Below, in pieces: positions 10,053 through 22,000 of a stretch of 64,000 nucleotides of DNA (its first letter is position 1; every line of letters starts with the position of its first letter). The stretch covers positions 119,269 to 183,268 of the forward strand of contig NIVC01001197.1 of NCBI GenBank assembly GCA_002269645.1. The letters run 5' to 3'. This DNA comes from Macrostomum lignano. Taxonomy: Eukaryota. Position numbers and translations under genes: made by a program. The notes below the pieces were generated by a model. It was not told the DNA's origin and did no database searches. It saw only the letters and a program-made list of their open reading frames with translations.

Positions 10053-13000
10053 GTGAGTTCTATCACTAAACTCAACTATATTAATTAGTATAGTTACATG
10101 TACGCTGTTTTTTTGCATCTAGCTCGTATATGAACTGTTTGCTGAATTATTTAGGTAAGCGGTTTAGCAAATTTAATTCTGCTTGAAATATCAGTCTTAA
10201 AGTAAAAAATATGAGCTAAACATAAGTATTGCTGGCCATAATTTAAATTAAGAAGTCGTTAATTACGTACGCCCTTAGCGCTGTAGCAATATAAAATTTA
10301 GAAGGAATATGCGGAGTACTACTTTAGGTGCTCTCTCAATTACTAAATGTATATTATTTCAAAACTCGTACTTAATGCATAAATATTTCCTTCTGCTCTT
10401 GAATTATTAAAATATCGACTTATACTGGCCAAACAGGCTTCTTGCCTGAGCCAAACTTACTACTACTAGTAGTACATGTAGTACTCGTAATGCTGTTGGA
10501 GGGCCCGTAACATTCAAAGAATTAAAATTCGCAACTCAATATTGCAGTAGTAATGGTAAATATAAAATATCGTTGTTTTCGTTTTTTTACTATTTTCTTT
10601 AAATAAAAATATTTATGTAAATTTCAGATTGTCCAGACAACCACAACATGACTAATAGCACAGGTGAAATAATCAGCCACAGTGGTGTCGGAGTATCCTA
10701 TTATTGGAGCAATACACTGTGCGAATGGTATATTACAGCGCCACTTGGTCACCAGGTTCAGATTTGGTTTTCATATTTAAATTTAGGGTACAATGACTAT
10801 GTCGCTGTTTACAACACAAGATTTGGAGGAAACCGTGACACAGTCATAAGCTTTTCATCCATTAGTGTCCTTCCACCTTTATTGTCAGTGTATCGATCCA
10901 ACACACGTGTTGTCTATGTGTCGTTTTATTCTCGCTTGAAGACAGTAGGTCTTGGCTTTCGATTTCATTACAACTTCACCCAAAAATGTAAGTTTGAAAT
11001 TTTTAAAAATGTTGTATATAATATATCTTAGTAGTATGTATAGCTAATATATGTATAGCTAATAGGCCTACCCTACTAAGAGTAGTTTCCTAGACCTAGC
11101 AGATGCCCATCAAAATGGCCACACAGTCAAAATGGCCACACACCATTAAAATGGCGAATTAAAACAAAATGTTATAGACATCTATCGCATTTTGTACTGT
11201 TAGGACAACAGATGTAATAATTTTTGATACAATGTAGAAGTTGAAGACACGATTAAAGTTTGTAATTAACGAAAAGGGGATGGAGCTAGAGAGCCCATGT
11301 ATGAGCCTAAATTGATTTCATAGATTGATTTGCATAGATCAAAGATGCAAATGGTGTCTCTCGATATAAAGGGTGTTTGGGCCTTTTCATACATATTACC
11401 AATTCCAGAACCAGAATCGGTTCGGAATTCCAAGCAAAACAGCAGTATAACTATTTAACTCTGTTAATATTTGACTGCCTTAACAACCTCACTTAGCACA
11501 ATTTTTCACTTTCTTCTTGGCGATTGTCATTCAATAATAAAAACTTTATAGCACGTATCTCCCTCTAGTTATGTAGACAAAAAGCTATACTTCACAAATT
11601 GGTTCTGGCTCTGGATCTGGAACCAGAACAAGCAATATGAAAAGGCCCTTTGGCTTTAACGGACATCTAAGGAGAAAGATAAGCGATGGACCATGGGGGT
11701 GGCGTACATAGGGACCAAGGCCGTTGATGCTCCCTTTTCGGATGCATTTTGCCCACATAAATTTCACGATATCTCAATGCATTCACTTCTTTAGCGTTTC
11801 GATGCAAAATGGTGCCAAGGACTTCTAGACTAGCAGGATGTAAAACTCAAAGATCGAGTAAATTTTCAGGAGAACGATATCCTGGAAAAAGTACACTGCG
11901 GAGATAGGAGAAAATCATTTTTTCATTATCACAAAATCAATGATTGCATTTGATCTAAGGCAGCTAAGATAACCATTCTTTTTATTTAGCACGCACAACA
12001 TGTTACTCTATTATATTTTAATATAGTTGTGTCTTGAAAGTTTTATCTTCATATTATTTTTTATTTCATAAGCTCCAAGTTGCAAAATACTCACAAGTGA
12101 CATTATTATAGCCTTAGGCTTAATAATACCTTAATGCAACATTTTTATTGCAAATATACTTGATTAAAAAAGGAAAAATGCAAAAAGTTTGGCTAAAACA
12201 AAATGAAGAGCCTCAGTATCCAATGTGTCTTGCTTTTATACATACCCACCCAGCCTTTTGGAGCCTTTTCATGTATAGCTTGTTCTGGTTCTGGTTCTAG
12301 AACCAATTTATGAAGTATAACTTTATGTCTCCTTAAATAGAGGGCTATATGTGCTATAAATTTTTAATCACTAAATGACAATTGCCAAGAAGAAAGTAAA
12401 AAACTGTGCAAAATGAGGCTATTAAGGTAGTCAAATATTAACAGTTTAAAAATAGTTATACTAATGCTGTTTTTCTTGGAAGATCCAAACCAATTCTGGT
12501 TCTAGAATTGGTATTGTATTGTGAAGAAAGGCTTTTAATTATGCTGAATTACAAGAGGGGGGCTGTAGCCTAGTAGTAATGCAGCTGCTCTGATGTGCTA
12601 TGACCTAGGCTCAATTCCAAGTGCAGCCACATTAATTTGGGGCTGAATTAGAATTTTGGCTTGGCTTGCTTGTGCAATTAACAGCCTTGAGAGCCAACCC
12701 CGAAGGCACAGTGAAGTGTACATGCCTAACAATTGATAAAGTTAGGGCCGTTGTACACTCTTGTATGAGTGTGTTAGTGTGTGCCTGCGTAATGTATCCG
12801 CAGGCTTATATGTCTGCTCAGGGGAGTAGGTGGAATGGGCAATAATGCCTCTTGCCAGTTGCGTGCCAATGCCAATGACGCTTCAATTGCACCAGGGTGC
12901 ACAAAACCCTTCTGCCTCTAATTAAAAAATGCCGAATTGCATACATTGCTTTGCTTAGGCCTATACAACAAAATATTAATCAGGTATTGAAAAAAGATCT

Positions 13001-16000
13001 TAAAAATCTAGAATATTCATTACGAAACAAATAGACACTTATATTACTTGTGTTGGCAATTTAACTAGACAAATAACAATTGCCATATAGTTGCCTAGTA
13101 TTACTTTAAAAATAACAATGGTTTAGAATATCTATAATAAAGGCTGTGCTTATCATATAATATTAAGAATAGAACAAGTTGACCTGCAATACCTTTTGTT
13201 TTATGTGGCCATTTTGTTGTATGGCCATTCCCACAGACAACTTAAGTACTTAAGTTGTCCTTGGTCATTCTGCATGTTGCCATTTTGACGGCACCTTAAC
13301 CTAATAGTCTAACCTAGCACCTAGGCAAGTAAGAAGTTCTAATGCAATATTGGCAAAAATATTTATACATAATGTCCCTATATGTAAAATTAACTACTGC
13401 AACACAATACTTATCATAAGGACTTCAATGAGATAAATAAAAAGATGACCAAACAAATGAAAAAATGTGGAAGTTTTTTTCTCTATTTATCTAATTATAT
13501 AATTACAAACACTTTTTACTAGAAACAAAAAATTAAGTCTAATTTCACAAAAAAACAGTATGGTCATTTGTCAAAATGTCTAATTTTTATATAGGCCTAT
13601 AACAATACAAAAAGTTGAAGCAAACTTTATTTTTAAAACTAGGCCTATTTTACAATAAATTTTATTATCTAATACATTTTTTTAGTTAAAACATTGTTTT
13701 AGTCTATGTATTTTGCCTTTGTTTAAAAATTCAATGCAATTTATTTGTATTTAGACTATAGGCAATATGATTTGCCTACTTTCCATTTGATTACTTATGC
13801 AAAAATGATCATATTTAGCTAAAAAGTTAAGCCTAGCTCTTGTAGTCTTGCTGCTTACTAAAATTAATTATTGTATCATCAAAATACATTATATAAATTC
13901 CCATTAAAAATCATAATATAATAATAACTATTTTTAAGATATAATTATTACACAAAGAGGCAACTCTATTTTTTCATTTTTTCATTGAAAAACAATATAG
14001 CAATAAGTAGGTAAAATACATATTGTGACACTGGCACATTGATAAAAAATTAATATTTAGTTTTTTTTGTATATTTGGGTAAATAGCAGAAGTAACAATA
14101 CATGTCTTAGAATGGGCCAAATCCTTACTAAGCTAATTAATTTAGATATTTTAGATATAGAAAAACTTATCAAAAGATTTCTAATAAACTTTTTATGCAA
14201 TAAATATTAGTATTCTATTTACATAAGCTATATTTTACTTTTACAACTTAAACACTTGGATATTAAGTTATATATAGATCAAGGATTATATTAGCTAATA
14301 TTGTAAACATGAAATATGAGATTGACACATTGAAAGTTAAAGTAAAAAACTTTTTCTACTAAAATTCTGTTAATAATATACAAAACCATATATAGTAAGC
14401 TAATATATCTAAATAATATAAATATATTATAAGTTATGTGAAAATAAATGGGCCACTAGCAAATGGGATTTTTTAGATTTGGGTCTTTATACTACTTGAT
14501 AAACCTAGTTCTACCAATGAATGAGCCAAGCCCAGCATCTAGGGATATATCTAACAAGGGGGAAAGGGGCCAAGGGGACTATGCCTCCCCTCTCAGCTGC
14601 AGCCAAAGAAATTTTTATTATACTTTTTGGCCTGCTACTATACTAGGTCTATTTTCCAATATGGGGTTATAGACTTTAGTGCTTGGTATAACTTGGCCTA
14701 ACCCCCCTTCAAATTTTTCTATATCTACGCCTACTGGCATTGCCAAAGGTGGTGTCAGGCAAGAGCAAGAGAACCCAAGGCCCCACTAGGAGCCAAGGGT
14801 AAGTGAATAATTTCTACAAGGGTTGTTTGAAAAGTTCGTGAACAAACATGAACTATTATTAAACAAGCAACAAAACTGAAAACCTTAGTTATCAACCTTC
14901 TCAATGCATATGCCTTTGAGGCACACACACTTGTGCCAGCGCTCTGGCATCTTCTCAATCCTTGTAGCAAAGAATTCTTTAGGGGTACTTTTGACCTACT
15001 GGCTAATGGCAGAGGCTAGGGCCTGTATACTGCCATAATAGTGATCTTAGAGTGACTCTTTCATTTACCCAAACAGCCAGTAGTCGCTCAGTGCTAGGTC
15101 TGGCAAGTAGGGTGGGTGTGGCAATAGCTCGAAGCCTAGGCTGGAGATGGCAGCCATTGTTGCTTGGCTATTGTAAGGCTTGGCATTGTCTTACTACAGC
15201 AAGATCCCCCTGGTCAGCTTGCCCCGGCGCTTAGTCTTGATGGCTTGGTGCAATTTCTCCAGCACTTGGATATAATAAGTACTAGTAATGGTAGTGCCAT
15301 GTGGAAGCCAGTTGATAAGCAGGATGCCCTCCTTGTCCCAGAAGATGGTTGCCATCTGCTTTTCAGCTTATGATGGAGCCAGGGCCTTCACTAGGGTGGG
15401 CTCTCTAGCTGCCTTCCAGATGCTGCTCTGCATCTTCAACTCTGGCTCACTGTAATGGATCTATGACTTATCCCCAGTCACAATTCAATCCAAAAAGATT
15501 GGGTCTTTGCGGTAGGCCTGCAGGAGCTATTGACATGCATGGACTTGTTTGCACTGCTGATCATCTGTCAGAAGCTTTGGGACCCAATGAGCAATAACTC
15601 GCAATATCCCAAGCTTGGCAGTGAGAATTTTGTGAGCTGCTGTGGGTGATATACCCATAGTCTCTGCCAGTTCACACATAGTGATCTGGCATTCAATATC
15701 AAGTGCCAGATGCATGCACTGGATATTGAACATATTGACTGTGGTGGCTGGCCTTCCACTGTGTGGCAGATCTTTGACTGTCTCCCAGCCATCCCCAAAC
15801 TGCTGCATTCACTTGCTGACCATCAGCTTCAAAGGGGCATCTTCACCATATGCTGCATGCAACTTGCAAACAATGTCGGCCTGTTGCTTCCCTTCTTTCC
15901 ACAAGAACCAAATTATGCTTTGCTTGGCTTCTTCATTTTTCCATTGTGCCAAAAACAGTGGGTAACTTAAAATTACTACTGTAAAAAAACATAAGCATAT

Positions 16001-19000
16001 TTAATCGCACTACCATTGAAAGTTGTGGGACATGAGTGCTGTCTATATCATAAAGTATAGTGACTTAACTGCCTTTCATTTGGAAAAAAATATTTTTGTC
16101 CACGAACTTTCTGTACAACCCTTGTAGAAAGGACTAGAAAGTATTCACGAGTGAATATACATTTAGAAATTTCATTTTTTTGCCAAAAATGCTCTTATTT
16201 TGCAATCATTGCACTGATTGAGTTGAGTAAAGTGTCAATTGATAGAAAACTTTTAGATATATGAAATGAATATACTTTTAAGTACACTTTTTTTAAACTA
16301 AGCCTTAAATTAACTGGAAATAATTTTTTTCAAAAATGCTTCTAGAAGATCTCAAAATTCTAGTACCCCTTACAAGATATGGCTTTGACATCTTAAGATC
16401 AAAGTTGTCAAATTAAATTTTTACAAAATGGTATATGGCTAGAGATTGCAAATCTCGACTGTTCTACATTCCTAGGATCCCAGGCAAAGCAATGACTCAA
16501 TCCCAGGATCTTAGGATTGATATTTTGAATATTTTTGCCGATAGAATGCCAGAAAACCTGCTTTGAATTCTTTATCAACTAATTCCCATGTATATGTAAG
16601 AAATTAAGAATGCATTTTGTATATATGACTACTATATTATATATAATATATACAATATATATGATATACTATTATACTATACTACTACTATACTATACAC
16701 AATATAAACAATATATATGATATACTACTATACTGTACTACTACTATACTATATTCCAGGTGTGCACATTGAAACGTTACACTTTTACAAAAAATATTTT
16801 TTCATGCACAGTGACCAAATGACTTCTCACAATTGCATTAAAATATACTCTATGTTAGTCTATCATATATAGTAAAAGGTTATTTTATAAATCCTCCGCC
16901 AGCTTCCACGACTCTTTGAAGATGCTCCCAAAAAGTCCACACAGCTCTGGCAACCTCCTGGTTTGGAATTTTTTCCATGCCCTGCAGATGGCAGCACGCA
17001 GATCTGCCACGCTCCTGTGTTGAACCCAGCAGGCCTCCTTCTCCATACGCGCCCCTTCTCCACAGAAATAGAAGTCTAAGGGGTTCAAATCAGGTGATGA
17101 GGGAGGCCAGATGTCCTTATTCCAGAAATTGCTGAAGTTGGCTGCCAAAAATGCCTGCGTTGTCCTCGTAGTATGAGCTAGAGCGCCATCCTGCTGAAAC
17201 ACATAGTCACCTCCTGGGTACCTCTGCTGCAACCAGGACAAGACTTGTGTCCTCAGCAGCTCCTGGTACATTGCTGAGTTAATTTTCACACTAGCCTCGA
17301 TGAAGATTGGTGGGCACTTCTGGCCATCAGACGTGATGACGCCCAGAATCATCACCAAGGCAGGATGTTTACAGTGTTGAATCACCGGAACATTGCTTGG
17401 GATCTCAGACACTGGCCCAAAGACGATGCAGCGATCATTTCGCCTGTTGACAATAGCATTGGTGGTGAACAGCTTCTCATCTGAGAAGACGTGCACAAGT
17501 CCACCATGGGACTTCAGCCAGTTCAGCAGACTTCTGGCCCTCTCTGCACGACAGCGCTTCTGGTTGGCAGACACACTGTGCCAGGAAACAACAGCTCTGC
17601 TGTGCATGCCCAGGTCATCTTTGATGAGTTTCCTTATTGTGGACTTGGCCATGCTAAAGTCACATGCCAGCTGCCGGATGCTCTTCCTGGGATTTCAATG
17701 AATCCGTTGTTTAATGGCTCAAATTGTGGCAGCAGTGCGAGATGTGCGGGAGTGCCCATTGCCATGCTGAGCTTTCATGTCCCCAGTCTTGTTAAGGAGC
17801 TTTTTGGTTCGGTAGACTCCCATTCTTGAGATACCAAGCTGTCTTACAATCACGCTGGCTTCTCATTGGCGCAAAGCTTTTCAACTATCTTTTTTTGAAT
17901 CACCTCATACTTGGCCATTTCAAGAGCAAATTGAATCAAATTTTGTATGCAAACTTTAGACTCTCTAATGTCACTTATGTCTGAATTTATAGCCCCCAAA
18001 AACAAAAAATGAAAAACAAAAACGAAAAATAATAAGTGTAGCATTTCAATGCATGCACCTGGTACAATATATACAATATATATGATATACTACTATATTA
18101 TACTACTACTATACTATATACTACTGTATTAATATATAAATAAAATATGAATACATGCATGCAAAATTATCTCCCAGTCATTTTTCAATGCTTTTATGTA
18201 CATAACACAAGTTACACAAATAATACAAGTAGTCAAAATACACAAACTACACAAACTACAAACTACAAAATACACAAACACAACACAAGTTTGAGAGTTG
18301 CATGTATTGTATATATTGACTAATTTGTATTCTCCACAATTCAAGAATCAAGAGTCACATCACGATCATGACTCATGTCACAAACAGTCACGATGCACAA
18401 ATGTTACTTGTGTAATGTATTTAAAAAACATACATTTTGATATTTCTTGGATATCACCCACTTTATCAAAAAAGTTTCCAATCCTGGGATCCCAAGTCCC
18501 TAATCCTGGGATTCCTTCAGGCCAAAAAGTGTCTGGGATCCCGGGACTGCAATCCCTATATATGGCTGTTTAATTTATTTTGGCATCTTTATGCAGTTTT
18601 GGTAAGTTTTTGGGTAAAAAAAGCTTCATTTTATTATTTTGCAACTTTTCTTACAAAGCTTTGTGAGTTTGGGCTTCAAAGCAGTGCTGTTAGATATGCA
18701 ATGCAAAGATGTATAAGTGTCTAAAGTTTTGTTTTCTTACAATTCTGCAATGCTAAGAAAATAGATAAGAATCAATTTTCAACAAATCATATAAATTTTA
18801 CATTATTGCTCATTATAATTTTGAGAACAAGGTGTGAATAAGCTGACTTCAATTTTCTATAGCATAGTTGCTGTACTATATTGGTATAAATCACAGAATA
18901 TATGCAGAATGGCGAATCAGCAGTTTTCTATGAAAGCAAAATAAAATGTGCTCGCACTACTTATGTTGTAAAGGTTATAAGTAGCTGCAAAATTTTCAAA

Positions 19001-22000
19001 GCAAATTTGAATGTTGTAAAAGTTGAGCTTAAGAAAATTTTTGAAAGGTTTGAGTGGTTACTTTGACACTGCTGATGAATGCTATGCTATGCTTATAATT
19101 AATTTTGTGCATAACGTTGCTTGCACAAAGTCATGAGCAATAGCAGCAATTGTTATTGCCTCATTGCAATGTACTTGTGAGTTAAAAAAAGCAGAAATAA
19201 CTAGCAGATAACAAAATAGCAAAAAAGCGCGCTAGTAGCAAAGCAGCTTGTTAGTAAGAAAAGTAACTAGCAGTTAAGTTTTAATTCTGGCAATCAGGCA
19301 ATGCAAGATGCAAAAGCAGTTGCAAATCTCATGCAATCAAGCTCATCTTCCTAAACTTCCGCAATTGCTCACTGCAAAATGCTTGCCCACGCTTTCTCTC
19401 CTGCGCCACAATCCTGCAACTATTGCACCAATGGTGCAATTGCAGCTTCGAGAACAGTCTCGCTATGCCCATCACGCATCGCTCTGAGTGCTCAGCGCAA
19501 TGAGTCGCAATAAGTGGCCTGATGCAATCGGCCAATAGTTTGCTGACTCTGTGTGACACATCAGCTTGCATGAACTCAGTCACTTCCAGCAATTTGAATT
19601 GGCGCTCCATCTCAGTTACAGCTCTGATAACTGCTCTACTTGGAGTGACTAAGCTATCATCTTGCTTGCACTTCAGCTGGAGGAAGCGCGTCTGCTCAAA
19701 TTGCTCTCCCTTCAATTCCTGCTGGCACACCTCACACTTGCACTCAGTTTTAAAGAAGCGAAACAGCAACCAACCACCAACATATGCGCACTTCTCTTGA
19801 TCCAAGTCATCCGATGCGGCGAAAAGTTCATCACTTGCTTCTGCGAGATCTGAGTCACAAGTGGTGCCCTGCTGGTCAACTGGTTCTGGAGCTTCTTGGC
19901 TCATTGCAGCCTTGGATGCGTCAGTCTGAGGGCTCTTTAGCAGCATGTTGCTGTCGCATTCGCAGTTCTTGCCCTGAGGTGCAGTTCCAAGCAGCTGATT
20001 CACCGCCATCATTCTCAAAGCTGCTACGGCTTCTCTACACTCAGGCCAATCGTTGAAGCCTCCACAGCGACGAATACAGGAAAATCCATTTTTGACGTGG
20101 TCTTGCGTTAATTGCCTTATCATAATCTTGTCCACACTTGCACTTGGAAGTAGCCTCTGAGAGATGCTCTTCATTGCTTGCAGGCTCATTTGCCAGCCCA
20201 AGTGGAACTTTATACCATTCGATCTGACTCCAGCTTTGTGATAGAATTCAAGTTCTTTTAGCCAAGCGCACCAACTGTCAATCTCGCTGCACTTTGCATC
20301 TTTGCTGTCACTGGTGATTGCATCATTGGCAAAGCTGCCATTCAATAGGTCGAATAGCTTGTCAACTAACTCACAGAAGTAAGCAGTGCCAAGGGTGGTG
20401 TGGCTGACAATTTTTCCATATTCCACGTACACTCTCATGGCCTGCGCCATTGTGCGGGATAGAACCTGTGCAGCTAGCTTCACACTCATTTTCTTGCCAA
20501 CGGTTAGATGTACATGGGCCTCTCTTAGCTTCAGCACCAACCGCAGGTGATCCTGATTGCTCAGCTCAATCTCAGCTACTGCACAAATATCAGACCAGCT
20601 TGCGATGAGTCGTTGGCCATTATGCATAAAATGAATTTCATTTCTCAATAAAGCATTTCGCATATTCTTCATACAATGGGGAAGATCGATAATGGCTGGG
20701 ATCTAGAATGTTTCGCCATTCGCCGTAATAGTAATATCCGGGCTATCAGGATTTGCACCCATTTTCCGAATGCATTGCCACTGTGTAGCCTCCTGATCAC
20801 AAACAATCGCAGTTAGATGCAACTTCATCCTCTGCACTGCAGCTGCAGCTTCAGTCAAAATCAGCTGGAATCGCTCGGCTCCTGGCGAATGATGCACACA
20901 GTAATACCCGATTGGCTACTTCCACTTTGAGCACATGCCCCGAAGCCAAACCACAATTAGCTCATTAGCTATCTGAGGCGTTCGGCCACCAGCCTCAGAG
21001 CCGCAGTCTTCGAATCCGATAATCCAATCAGAAACAGGATTGGATCTTAAAGATGGCCTGATCGACATGCCATCTAAGCTAACTGTACAAGCCTTCTCAG
21101 TAGGAGTCATCAATTCAGTAGAAGAGGTGATGTTAGCCTCAATTGTTGGGCAGATGCCTGAACTTCTCATGCTCTGTCCTAAGCTTCGCCAAATTGTCGA
21201 TCTGCAGGGGAGCGGAATTCCCATGTCGCCGAGGAATCTGTGACATCTGGGACTGAAGTGCAGCAGTCCAGTTACAATGCGCAGACTCACTAAAGACCAA
21301 ATCGGCCTACGCTTGCTGAAGTTTGTGGTGATGTCTTTGATAAAGTCTCAGACAGGAGAGCAAAACGAAGCCAATTTTGAGCAGTTGCATTGATGTCTCT
21401 ATCTTTTCAGCTGAGCTGCCTCTGCTTTCAACGTGATGAAGCGAGCCTCGAGTAATTTCAGCTTTCGCTGCAGGTTAGCACTCTTTCTTTGTTCCGCTTT
21501 CAACTTCCTTATCACAGCATCTGGTGACATAGACTTGCGGCCGCATCCTGCGGTAGCAGAGATGCTCAAGGAGGTGTCCTCCAGTATCTGAGTGCCACTT
21601 CTAGCCTGCACCTTTTTAATGCGAGGCTGTTCCAATTGTGTCCTACTTTGTCGTAGGCTCGGCTGCTGAGTCTCTTTGTACAAGTTCATGGTTGGGTGTG
21701 CAGTCCATATTAACCGCGCAGTAGATTCATGATGCTGACTGGGGCACATGTGCATTCTTCCACTTTGCCTCGTTTTTCCTGCCTAGGAGGTCAGCTCTGA
21801 AGATGCGTTTAGCCCAATCTTCGCATCTGAAGTGAAAAGGGGCTTGACAACGTAAAAATGCTCTCATCATTTCAAAAAATTAGCCAGCTGCCACTCACCT
21901 CTCTCTGGCTGCTGGAAAGCGTGGAATCTAGTGCCTGGCGGACACCTTCCAGCATAGTTAGGGCATCCGTAAGCAGCACACCGAAGCCTCGAAGCAGACG

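Larger units (their letters stand above)
11101..13296. mobile_element. Possible non-autonomous element bounded by inverted AAAATGGCCAC-type subterminal repeats
   Basis: agatgcccatcaaaatggcc at 11101 vs gccattttgacggcacct ending at 13296, with repeated aaaatggccac in opposite orientations. No TSD found. Confidence 0.4.

Noticed and set aside
14530-14740. Possible small hAT MITE (ends in atctacgcctactg)
   Set aside because: The left TIR is too degenerate and no TSD could be verified.
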